This document shows, piece by piece, positions 11,344 through 24,258 of a stretch of DNA of 64,000 nt (its first letter is position 1; every line of letters starts with the position of its first letter). This DNA comes from Parasitella parasitica NRRL 2501 (lineage: Eukaryota > Fungi > Mucoromycota), in assembly GCA_025201805.1 (NCBI GenBank), contig MU619238.1, positions 137,970 to 201,969 on the forward strand, in the 5' to 3' direction. The notes beneath the pieces are model-generated. The model made no database searches, was not told the DNA's origin, and worked only from the letters and a program-made list of their open reading frames with translations. A program made the position numbers and the translations under genes.

Positions 11344-13321
11344 CTAGCGAGCAACGCCATTAGACTGCAACAATTTACGAGAAATCTCACCGTCAATCTC
11401 CAAATCAAAAAGTTTCCAGATGCCGTTTTCGTCTTGGAAATCATTGTGAACAATGTTGATCAAGTACCAGTTTTTGGTAATATCCAAGATCAATTCAGCA
11501 GATTCACTCTCACGTTCGTAGATACGAGCCCATCTGCTCCAAAGCTCAAAGGCTTCGTCCTTCCAAGCCATAAAAGCAACCGCTTCAACAATGGTGGGTT
11601 GGATAATTTCCTTACCAGGGAATACACCCCAAGTAACAGCGTTGGGTTCATCACCTTGAGTGTTTGTACGAAGATCACCTTGCTTGTTTACAGCGTAATA
11701 CGTCACTTGAGGATCTTTGACAATTTTTTCAATTAATTCTTCCAATTTCTCGGGAGAAACAAAAAATTCAAGATAGGCCTTTTGGAAAACGTAGCCATTT
11801 TTGGGGCCCCAGCCATAGACGCTATCAATGCTCTTGACGCCATTGACAGCAGGTTGGGAGTTGATGGTAAGATAACCAAGCAAGTTGATAGCAGCCAAAC
11901 GTTGACGAATAATATCAGTTTCAGCGTCAAGTTGTTGTGCGCTCCAAGGGATACCAGCAATTTGGCCTTTACAATAGCGAGCAAAGGTCTGAGCAACATC
12001 ATCAATGGTAGTGGGACTTCCCCACATATCGATACATTGTTCGACGGGATATTTGAGATTGATTCCCCAGCCATCAAGCTCTCCAAAGGCAGGGGAACGA
12101 GAATCACCCCAACGGCCATTAGGAAATTCGTCCCAAGTTTCAGTACGTTGAATGTAGCTCTTTGTGCGATTCTTCCAAAAGATGGGACGGACATTTTCCT
12201 TGGCGCGCTTGCTGGTAAGCGAGGGATTCCAAGGCAAAGGCTTGATGCTTTCAACAGGAGCCACCAAGTTCAAACGTTCCAATATAATACGAGACGAGCG
12301 CTCTAAATTGAAAGTATAGATGTGGAAACCATTGACGCCAATTTCGCGAAACTTGGCGATGAATTCAATGGTTAAATTGATGCCATACTCTTTGACAGCA
12401 GTGTCATCATCCTTGATAGGCTCAAGGTCATCCCAGATCTTTTGAGGGACAAAGTTATTATTGAACGAAATGACGCGCTTGAGGCCTGTGTAGTTTTGAA
12501 TGGGGAATACACCAGGCAAGATGGGCACGGTGATACCAATAGCACGGGCCTTCTTGTAAAAGGCCAAGAAAGAGTCGATATCAAAGAAAAGCTGTGTTAC
12601 TACAAGGTCAGCGCCAGCGTCCACCTTCATTTTTAAATGCATAAGATCATCTTCTTTGTCGGGGTTGTCAATATGACCTTCGGGATGACCTATTCGAGAA
12701 GGAAAACCTTCAGTATATGCCGCTTTTACTGCTCTCGTTGACAATGCTTACCAGCCACAGCGATACAAAAGTAATCGCCATATTTTTCACGAATGTAGCG
12801 TACAAGATCGATAGCATGTTCAAAGCCCTCCTTGCACGATTCCCAGTTGGCTTGGCCTTTGGGAGGATCGCCACGTAAAGCGAGAATATTTTGACAACCG
12901 CAATTTTTTGCAGCCTAGATAAGCAAGACTTAGTATTTGGTCTCGCATAAGATGCTTTTGTTTGTTCTTTTACCTCTAAAGCATCATCGATTTGCTTTAC
13001 TGGCATATTAGTACATGTCAAATGCATCATGGTCTCTAAACCATAGACAGATTGTGCGGTCGCCACAATCTCAGTAGTCAAATCAGCAGAGGTGCCTCCA
13101 GCTCCCCATGTCACATCGATGAACTCAGGTCCATAACGTTGCATTCTCTCCATACGGTCATATAAGTTTTGAACACCCTAAATATACGTAATCAGATTAC
13201 TGCGACAAAGATACATGTGTATGTATGTGTGTACCTGAGCTGTCTTGGGAGGGAAATATTCGAATGACCAAAAGGGACGTCCCTCTTCTTCAGCTTTGTG
13301 AATCTTGTCTATGACTTTCAT
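11344..13321 (-). CDS. MET13: Methylenetetrahydrofolate reductase (MTHFR), 4 exons
   Basis: ATG at 13321 (MKVIDKI...[10 protein letters not shown]). [31 protein letters not shown], regulatory domain [18 protein letters not shown] and [16 protein letters not shown]13 versus MET12 paralogue assignment is not certain. Confidence 0.93.
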
Positions 13322-15174
13322 AGTTTATGAGTACCAAAAATTAGTTTAAAAAGTTAAAACAGTAAAATCAAGAGGGAATAGTAGAGGGATATAGCATCCA
13401 TATATACCATTTCGGAGTGGTACAGTATCCTTCCTTTCATGGGCGATGTGACCGCCAATCTGTATTTGATCATCTTGATCTTAATCTTGAGAACAGAGAA
13501 CCACTTAAAAGCTAAATTCATGCGAGTAAACATTGAGATGCTATATCGATATATGCACAATTATTGGTTGCATGTATAAGATTATGCTATTGTACAATGT
13601 GGTGCTCATTTTTTGTGGGATCAGATAATCCAATTTACCATGATCATCAGTCTTGTTTTACCAGATTCGAAAAGAGTGTGGTATAAAGGTTTGGGAACGA
13701 AGCATCATGATATATCTGTCTTGCAAACAGTGGATTGGCTCGGACAAAGTTGCAGCGCTGCATCCACCAATCACATGCGTTATACACCTTTTGCCAAAAT
13801 GATGTTGTCACAGTATCATTATCTCCACAACCTCGACTTAAACTATTATTATTTTACTGGCAATGTGGAATAGCTGTAGTAGTTATTCTCACCTCTTGGT
13901 TGTATTTCTTAATTTATATGAACTTGAAATAAAAATTGAGACACTCTTTTCCTGAATTGTGCGACATTTTAATTTTTTCCTGCGATATCATTTTAGCAAA
14001 AGATGTGTATCAACCGAACCTATGTAAGGAATCCAATGTGGTTCTCATGATAGAGTGTTATGTACAATTGCTCCTTTTCAATAGCTAAAGTTGCGCAATC
14101 TCCCATATGCAACTACCATGTCATGAGTTTTGAAATCTAGACAGGTATTCCTGAATACACACCCACAGAAAAGATCAAGTGGACCTATGTGTAACTTTTT
14201 TCTTCCCCTTGATCCAGGCCAATCAACATTAGAGCTTGCACAAAAGTTAATAGTGTAATATTGCGCTAAAAAAGGTATGCTCTGCCAATTACAATCCATG
14301 TAGCTTTCGTCATTGCGTGCAATCAACTGTTACCATCAAATTTCAATAGATTGATGTATAACATGATAAGGAAACTCAATGTCTATTATATTAATGTTAT
14401 GTCCAACTTGAGCAGAGGCAAAAATGTTCCCACAGCGTCAATCGTTTCAATGCTCTTTCCTGTAATAAATCATAGAAACAAAAAGTAAACCAAACAAGCC
14501 AAGCAACCAGAGGAAAAAAAGAGCTTCTAGCTATTGTTTCTTGTCAATATTTAGAATAATAAAAAGCTCTGGTTTCTAGCTTAAAAATTCGCATTTTGTG
14601 GAAAAAGCAAGATTTTTCATGCGTATTGCAGTCTTTGACGAAAAAATGACCTATCCAAATACTGCGAATTACATCAATTTGATTCCAAAGGAAATAACTT
14701 TCTATGCTCCATAGGAATGTAGGTGTTCAACATCTTGTAATAAAGACCTTTTAAATGGTGATTGTACCATTTGATATCTTGCACTTTTTTGATGAAAAGC
14801 TATCCATGTCATTCCGTATACGCATGCATGCATAAATAACATATAAGCTTCCAACTTCCAGCTCCCATAAATTCCTAAATGTATATTAAAAATCTTGGTA
14901 ATGCCTGCATTGACATATTCCACGGAGCATTTTACACAACTATGATTAGCTCGTTAATACCTAATAAATATCATTTGTTTGTCAGGGAGTGTACTTCTGC
15001 GTGGACAACTTCAAACACATCCAAAAATCTTTTGCATGAAACGCCAGGGAGAGTTTGTGTTTCATAAACTAAACAGTGGTTTGCAGTCATGTTTGCGCCT
15101 CCAAATGTTTAATCTTGGTTAAAATCAGGCGCACCGAATCTCTTCCTTGCTTCGATATTTACTAACCAGCATAC

Positions 15175-18100
15175 ATGACGGATCCATCAGTCTCGAAAAA
15201 CGAATTGAATGGCACCATCAACTGGTATCTTTCTGAATATAGTAGCAGTGACTCTGATAGGGCTGCAACTCCTGGGAGCACCTCTTCTACGACATCAAGT
15301 CTACTTCAATCAAAGAATGGATATGACGAGCAAGTGTCAGAAAACGTGAAAAAACGTGAGAGGGAACCAGAAGACGGCCTTAGGAACAACGACAAGCGCA
15401 AATTAAAGTTTGTATGCTATTTGGATCCTGGGGATGATAAAGACCCTGCTTCCCAACCTGACACTTCTTCAGCGATTAATACAGCTCCGCTGTCGACGCC
15501 AGACATGCAAACGGCGGAGAGCCCCCACAGGGAGAGAAGTCGCTCAGCATCACTTGCGAATGCGCAGGTTACAGCACCATCCTCGCCTGAAATAATCGAT
15601 CTTGTCTCGCCTGAGCCTCCCGACATAACTGAAAGACATTCAGATGTCAGGTCAGAGGAGCTTCCAGGCTTAAAATTTAAAGCAGAAGATAAAGACATCA
15701 AAGTAGGCTCTGCCCATCAACACGTAGTTGTCAAAGTAACCAATGCTGACGGCTGCAATACAGGTATAGACAATATGTATACTTTATAATATGTCCACAT
15801 TGACAAAAACACAATAGATCTTGCGCCAGAAGAAAATGACCCTGATTTCTTTTGTCGTGCATGCAGGAAAACTTACGGAGACAGAAACAAGTACAGAAAC
15901 CACCTAAGACAATATCACAAAATGCGGCTGACAAGGATCCCACCCATCACAAGTATCAAACATCCTGAGATAGAGCCTGATATCGATGACCCAAACTGGT
16001 CGTGTCGTGCATGCGAAACAACGTATATTACAAGAGCAAGATACAGAAACCACTTGAAAGGCTGCCATGGATTCGTTTTGGTACCGCTCTTTGGCGACGA
16101 CAAAGTTGTGTCTGATATCGTTCCGGATGAATTTGACCCCAATTTTCACTGCGCTGCTTGCAACATAACAAAGCAATCAAAATCGACTTACCGCGGTCAT
16201 TTAAGGCACTACCACCGTATGAAGCTCACGAACATGAGGTATAAAAAGGTCATCGACCCCAACGACACTCCGGATATTGATGACCCCAACTTTTATTGCC
16301 GACCTTGCAAGATAACCAAGTCTTGTAGCAAAGACTATCGCCGTCATCTTCGTGAAAGGCATCAGATAAAGCTGCCGCCGCTCTTTAAAGGTCCAAATGC
16401 CAATCCGAGCCTCGAGCCAGATGTCAACGATCCTAATTTCTACTGTCGCACCTGCGATACTACGCATGCCTCGAGAACAAGATTCAGAATTCATCTTCGA
16501 CATTCGCACAAAATCGAGCTTGCCCCTATTTCAACCAAGACTGCCCATAAGAAGAATCCCGACGTCCTGCCCGATCTGTATGATCCGAACTTCTGGTGTC
16601 GCTCGTGTCTGATTCGCAAAGATACCTTGGCAAAGTACAGACACCATTGCCGCACTGTGCACAAGATGCAGTTCAAGCCTCTTAAGGGAAAAGCAAAGGT
16701 CATATCGGACAAGCTCCCAGATCCTGACGACCCCAACTTTTACTGCAGTGTTTGCAAGATTACCAAGAGGGACAGAGCCGCATATCGTAGTCATTGCTCC
16801 GTGTCTCACTTTCTAGAGCTGGGCAACCCTAACAAAGGCCCTAACGCAAATCCAGCCCTGGAACCTGATGTGAATGATCCCAACTTTTACTGTCGCGCAT
16901 GCGACTCCAAAAAGCAAAACAATACCAAGTTCCGTAACCATTTACGCACTGTCCATAACATGGTATTAGCTCCCTTCCTTCCTAAACCTCCTGTCCCATT
17001 GGAACAGTTAAGCAAGATTCCTGATCCTGATGACCCTAATTTTTACTGCTGCATATGTGACAAAACCAAAGGGACCCGAAATCTCTTCCGTACCCATCTT
17101 CGAGACGTGCACAAGATCCAGTTTCCCTCAGAATCCCGTAGGTTTGTCAATAAAAACCCCAATATCATTCCAGACATTGACGACCCTAATTTCTACTGTC
17201 GCTCTTGCAAGATTTACAAACCGGACAGGAGAGACTATCGCAAACATCTACGGGCTGCTCATAACATGGTTCTGAAGCCATTGAGAGGGGATGAAAGTCG
17301 AGATCCCAATGCTGTGATTGACGTTAATGACGCCAATTTCTACTGCGCTTCGTGCATGCTTCACAAACCGAGCAGAATCAAGTATCGTAACCACTTGCGA
17401 CGCGTTCATCACATGGTACTGGAGCCTCTCAGTAAGCAGTGGCCATTCCCAGATGCTCCCATCGATGTCAACGACCCCAATTTCCATTGCTCTCGATGCG
17501 ATGTGAAAATGAAGAACCGGGGCAAGTTTCGCCATCATATTCGCTATGTGCATAAGGTCATCCTCAGGCCTCTCCTCCGCCGTAAATACACCAATCCAAA
17601 CATCATACCAGACATTGGTGACCCGAATTTCTACTGCAAATCTTGCCTTATAACCAAAGCATCACGTAATGACTATCGTAGACATTTAGTTTCCTTCCAC
17701 AAAATGAAGCTGGTGCCCTCAGTCGTTAAGCCTAAAAAAAAGGTTATGCCCGACATACACGATCCAGACTATTACTGCAAGGCTTGCAAGGTTGGCTGTG
17801 GCGACAAGTCCCAATTCAGATCTCACTTGGAGGGTGTTCACAAGATGAAGAATCTCTTTCTGTCCAAAGATAGAAAACCAAAACCAGAGCCTAATGATAT
17901 TAATTTCTATTGCAGAGTGTGCAAATTGATCTACCCTGACAGGGAAAAGTACTGGAATCACCTGAGGATCAAGCATGAAATGGACCCTGAAGCACCATTT
18001 GGTACTGAACAGATTAAAACAGAAGTCGCGCCTAATCCTGTTCTCAAAGAGGAGGACCACGACATGGAACTAGCTGACGTAGAGTCGGATATGCTGTACG

Positions 18101-18717
18101 AGGCTAAAGAAAGCTTTGCAATGAGCTTGGATGATCCCTCTGCTGAGGATGATGATGAAGCTGAAGAAAGCAAATGCTGGAGCAACGCATCTCGAGACTG
18201 CAGTCTTACAGCAGGCAATAATATTTCCTCTGATGATGGTCAAGCTGATCACGAAGATGATGGCTTGGACAACAGTAGCCAGTACAATGAAGAAGAGACT
18301 TACGATAGCTATGAAAATGTAGACGAAGAACTATATGGCGACGAAGAATCTGAAGATAGTAATGAAGACGACGATCAGGACGAAGCCAGAGATCCCTACG
18401 AGGATGAAAATCCATATGAGAACGACGATCCATACGAGGATGAGAATTCATACGAAAATGAGAATTTCTACGAGGGCGACAATCCATATGAGGATGAAGA
18501 TTCATATGAGAGTGACAATCCACACGAGGATGAGAATTCATACGAGGGCGACGATCCATTCGAGTTTGACGACTCATACGAGGGCGACGATCGAAACAAG
18601 GAAAATAAACACGACGAGGACGAGAACCCAGATGAAGACAACGAACAAGATGAAATCAAAAACAAATTCAATAATGAGGAATATGCCTCTGGCAATGACC
18701 TACTCAAACTGGATTGA
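15175..18717 (+). CDS. Multi-C2H2 zinc-finger protein (15 long-linker fingers) with acidic C-terminal tail, 2 exons, about 1162 aa
   Basis: A 54-nt phase-1 GT-AG intron (15764-15817) joins ORF 15175-15789 to the frame of ORF 15922-18717. 15 copies of PDx[DN]DPNFYCxxC-x12-H-x4-H at about 50-aa spacing. Confidence 0.9.
18391..18588 (+). repeat. Coding minisatellite, 11 x 18 nt ([DN][PS]YE[DG][DE])
   Basis: DPYEDE NPYEND DPYEDE NSYENE NFYEGD NPYEDE DSYESD NPHEDE NSYEGD DPFEFD DSYEGD. Confidence 0.88.
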
Positions 18718-18906
18718 TTATACAAACTACAGCAATCTGGTCAATAAATAGTTACAATGCGCCAAAATATACAACTATAACATAGTACCAAAAAATAATA
18801 AATAGGTTTATCGAGTATATTAAAAAATACATGTGTTGTAAATCTTTTAATTCTGCAATCCTTTATGTATGCGATTTTGTACCTCTTAGGGGTTTACTCC
18901 TATATT

Positions 18907-20587
18907 TCAATAAATAACTTTTTTGTCATACTGTAATGGAAAAGTGGTGTTAGTATAACGATTACATCCAAAATTCATTTGTAAATCCTACTTTGATAAC
19001 AATAGGTGGTTCCTGAGTGTTTGGACGAGAGATTTCTGCCAGTTCTCTTCCAGCCTGAAATCGTTACAGTCAGTCTTTTCAGATCGATACTTTATGTGCC
19101 TGCATATAAGTCACTCACGCTGGTCGTTCCGCCTTCAATCAACTGAGACAATGATAATGCCTTCTTGTCCAACTTCAGTTTAGCACGAACACGATCTGCA
19201 ACGAGATCCAAGTACGCCGTAGTGAGCGCTCTCCATTCAACAACAACAGGATCCGACATTTCAAACATTGGAGCGACTTCGACCTTTGGCTGTCCAGGTA
19301 ACAATGAGTTTTTGCGGTAGTTTTCGATACCTCTCTCGTAATCTTGCTTTTTTAATGTAATGAACCCGGTATCTATTAGCAGCCCACCTTTACTCAACTG
19401 ATTAGCACATAGGGAGAGCATAGGGAGACAAAATTGTATGAGATTTACCGTTTGCAAAGTCAGGTAAGGGAGTCAATTGATCTGTTCCTTCTATCACCGC
19501 GCCCAATAATTTTTCCATCGGTTCAATTAAGGAATAAACCATCCACTGAGAAAGCTTGTGAAATGGGACTAGCTGTCCTTCATTGCCCAGAGCAGCGCAG
19601 GGCCACACGTCTCCTAATTCAAACGTTCCGCCTTTACAAGAGTCTGTGTCTTCCACTGTCCAAATCTCTCCAATTTCAAGGACAACTGGCCAAAGGGTTT
19701 CCACAAGAATCAAGGGTCCTTTTTTAGTTTTAATTGTCGTCGGGTGGCATAAAAGATAATCTAAAAATATAAGGTTACTTTTTAATACACAAACAAACCA
19801 GGCTTGCAACCACCCCCTTTCCTCCTTTTTTTGTTACCCATCATATTGCCAGGTCGCGGAATTTGGCCATTTTCTCCAGCAAAATACTCGGGGCAACGCT
19901 CTAATGCCCGCGCAAGATGTTTTAGCAGCGCATATCTGTCTTGCAGCCCAATTAGCGATGAAGCCGTGTCAATCTCGAAGCCTTTTACAAGATCATCTAT
20001 ACTCAAACGTTCCAATCCCTCCACTATCAAATGTAGCACAACGACATTGAGTAAGAAAAAGTTGTATAGTCTAAAAAAAAAAAAATTAACTCACAGTCAA
20101 CTTGGTGAGGCTGGTCAGGATTTGCTGAAAATGTGCCCGCCATAAACATTTCAAGAATAGCCACTGCCATACGTTGTCTCTTTTTGAATAGTTTGTTTGT
20201 GCTAGTTTCACGGAACGAATAGCCCTGGCTAGAGTCAATATCCAGCAACACTGCAACTACAAACAGGTCTAAAACCCGTCTGGTCTGTTCGGTGCGATCA
20301 ATCCCGAGACTAGCCCATGAATTGATTAATGTTTGAATACGAGGATTATCGCCGACGTCAAAATGGCGCCAACGGCCATGAACAGGGATTTTAGAGGGAT
20401 CATCAAAGTCTCGCTTGATCAGAGATACAACAAATTGAACCATGTCTTGCAATTTGGATGTGTCAATGTCGAAATGTTGGAGCTTGTTCTTGACAGCTGC
20501 CTCTTGCACCTTAAAACATCTTTCACGTACTGCACGCAGACTTAAAAGATAATCGATGTCTATAATATCTGTACTGACAGGTGCCAT
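18907..20587 (-). CDS. DUF1688 / Urc4-Urg3-like protein (uracil catabolism family), multi-exon
   Basis: YLLSLRAVRERC, IPVHGRWRHF, DLFVVAVLLD, RPGNM, VPFHKLSQW, VVEWRALT. Spliced C-terminus AGRELAEISRPNTQEPPIVIK|YDKKVIY* with stop at 18907-18909. Confidence 0.85.
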
Positions 20588-23500
20588 TTTTTATGTGTAA
20601 GGTGATGTTCAATTATTCTACTTTCAAAATAAAATAACAAGCAAAAGAAAAATAGACAGAAAAAAAAAAAAAAAAAAAAATACCATATTATCGTCATGTG
20701 CAGTAATCATAAGAAAATCAAATGCTCCTTTTCTTATGCAAGTGACAATTTTTATGTACATTCGCATGTAGATCCAAACAGCGTGCCTTTTCTTTAAAAG
20801 GAGCTTGTCAAATTTATATTATACAGTGGGTATGATTGGAACGTCTTGAATCGTTGAGTTTCACAGCAGTAGTTCAAGGCACACGCACATGAAGTTGCAG
20901 GCAAAAATTTTCGCTTTGGTCGTATTGAAAATCTGCCAGTTTGATCGTTTAAAGCATATTTGCGTGTTTTGACATTGCAAATACTCAAAACTGTACATAT
21001 TATCTCATTTAAAAATTAGGTTGCATGTTTGTGCTCCACACCTTAAAAGTGACCATATAAAGAACATCGGTATAACCAAAATTGGAATTTATTTCCGTTG
21101 TTGTAACATTATCGACAATAATAAACAGATATGTAACATTTCTAACTTTATAAAGGCACGAAAGAAATGCTACATTGCCAAAATTCAACATTTCGAATTC
21201 CCGGTGATAACTCTTTGCCCCCGACCTGAGTCTGCTTGGTTAACGTCTTTAATCCAAATGTATACATACTTGATCTGCAAATTGAACTAGAAGAGTAAAC
21301 CTGAAAGATAGAATGAATTAGTGCCGACATATCGACGGGATGTTATTTACATGCATCTCGAAAGTCAATCTGCAGTAAATGACATCTTTAATACGCTTAA
21401 AATATACTCTAGAGAATATAATCATGCAAAAATTTATTTTCAAATGATATACACTGCAACGAAATCTACTCTTTAATGTAATGTAAGGAATGTGAACCTC
21501 CTTTCAAAAACAATGAAAATGATGATAGCTACATACTTCTATTACTTTTCTTTTCAGGTCAGTTAGTCAACAGAAAGCAAAAAAAAAAAGTAGGGTTATA
21601 CCGCTCATACACTAAAGCGATATTCTTTGTTTTTTATATGCATTTGCTTGCATAATTCAACTTGCTCAATTTATTTACAAAAAAATAAATATGTTATCTT
21701 CTTTAAACTAGTGCCAGTGTACCACCGAATGCTTAAATAAAGTAGCTTATAAAGACAATGTTTAATTGGAACTGTTATCAATCTCGTACTGTTGCAACGA
21801 GATATTTGATATCGCAGAAAAGTTTTCAGCGGGATATGTTCAAGTGCAAATATACTCGTATTTTTACTGACAGACAAGATTTACAATTCCAGCAACAGAT
21901 TGACAGCCACCAGCTTGATTAACTGCTTGTTAAACAAATCCCAATATTTATTTGCAACATGTTTAAAAATAAATTTAGTGCAAATAATTTGTATTATATG
22001 AAAAGTGCTATTACTAGATCCTAGGTCATGACATTACAACTGTGATCCCTGCAGTCATGCGGCTATACATTCAGATGCCCAAACGTGCATTTACGAGGTA
22101 TGCCGTTCACATAACAGCAGCTATCAATATTCCCCTTGTATATAAATAACTGTAGAGCAAAAATACATTATATGTGAGTTTACTGTGTTCGTTAATTATG
22201 ACCATTTCAATGAGAGTGGGCGAAACGACAGGAACCATCATGTCTTTTTCTTGTCGACAAACGAGCTCATTAACCCATTTGAAAGAGGCCTTAAGCCCTG
22301 AAGTAGAGACATCTCGACATCTGCTAATTGTAAGTCATCGTTAAAATCTTTCGCATTAATATTCGTTATGTCATTGATAATTCTGATCTAGTCGAGATAT
22401 TGCTTCTGCATCCCTATCCAAGAGTCATTTATTGCGTGTCATTTTTTGTTGGTAATATTCCACAAAGTCACTCCCATATCGTTGCTCTCCCTGTTGATAG
22501 TTTGGCAGATAAAATTGGCTTGGGGGCTGGGCGATCACCAGCCAATAGCAGTGATGTTTTGAGTGCAAAGCACCACCACATTCTTCAACATTTACGTAAT
22601 TCTAAATCTAAATCTCACCAAACTTCTTTGTCGTAGATGCCTACTTTACCTCGACTCTACAGTTTTGTGGAATTATAATGTCTCTATCCAGAATAATTAG
22701 CAAAAAGCTGTGTCTTGAGTTTATTTAAGTGTGAAAAAGTACGGTAATTCGCATGCCTTACGTGAATCCAATCTATATCCTACCAAGTTTCTCTGCTATA
22801 CTTGGTCGCGCAGAATTAGCCAGTGGCAATTTTTTTTAAAAATTCAATGTTTAGAATTTGTAAATCTGTATCCACGAAATTTAATGTGGCGATTACAATG
22901 GGCGTAGATATGCAAATGTTCAGCTTATATATGATTTCAGAAGTATAATAAAATTGTTCTTTCAGAATGCCTTGGAAGACCATGTTGGCAAAAATCAGTT
23001 AAAAACTGATTGGAAAGGGAAAACAATGCTGTGTCTGCCTGAAATGAATATACTATTTTTTTGTTTTGCAATGGATCTTTTATTGACGTTCATTTTTTTT
23101 TTTTTTACAAATAATTCGATTTATGTCCCACATTTCAGCTGGTATAATAAGCAGGTTTATCTGGTAATGTAGTCGTCGTTGTTGTATTCATGGAATACCA
23201 TGGTTACCACTATTTCAACTCAGCCGTCATGACAACCCGTTCCTGATCGGATCTAATAAAGGTTAAAGGTCACCGATTATTCTATAATAAATAAAGTAAT
23301 CAATAGAATGTCTTAAACCGTCTATTTAGGCTTTACTTATTCTAAATTGCGAAGCTAAACTTATTAATGAATGATTCATATTCATTATAATAATTAGCTG
23401 ATTAAATACGGAGATAGGTCTTGTTCTGGCTGCTACTGTGTTGTTCAACTCACACATAATATGATTGTATTTTATAGATTGATTCATGTAGATTTATTCT

Positions 23501-24258
23501 AATGTAAATATAAAGCTTCTAATCAATCAACAAAATCAATGATTTTTCATCTCGTAAATTAAGTCTTTATTATTTTTTATACATCTTTTATCATATACAA
23601 TCGCTGCTGTGCTCATTTTCAAGAATTGGCAAAACAGTCGTAGCGAAATGAAATCTTTTTATAAACTGCATAATGGGGCCATCATCGTATCATCAGAAGA
23701 ATAGTTATCTTCAAAGAGGTTGACATCATATAAAGCATGGCACGATAATGAGGGGGGCTTTGACAAGAGTAGGGGACCCGAAGCAGTTTTTAGCTGAACA
23801 AGGAAGACAAGTATGTGATTATATTGATTCGAAATTCTCAAACCGTTGAATTGGCTATATCATGGTTATCTCACAAGTTCTTGTAAAAACCTCAGAGTAG
23901 TCCTGATTTACACTTCATGAGTCTTAGATATTGAAAAATTTTGCTATGGTGTATATATGCTACCATAATGGCATTGTGTATGAATACGTCCAGAAGATGT
24001 ATATGTATGAAAGTGTAATTTTCTGGCAAATTTATTTTTCGTCGACTTTTGACATAACAAAGTTTTAAGGCAGACTATTTTCTTGTGTTTTTTTTTGAGT
24101 AAAAGTTTCCCAAAGTTCTTAAATATATACATCATACAGTTCGAAAACAAAAACTCAACAAATCTGATTGCTTTATTAATTGATGACATTCAAGAAACCT
24201 GTTATTATGATTCAATCAATATATTTACTATATACACATGTTGATTTGATTATCTCTT

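Noticed and set aside
11434-12636. ORFs overlapping MTHFR
   Set aside because: Antisense or out-of-frame shadows with no motifs.
18206-18751. Alternative-frame repeat ORFs (MRIHT.., RMNSHP..)
   Set aside because: By-products of the 18-nt coding minisatellite.
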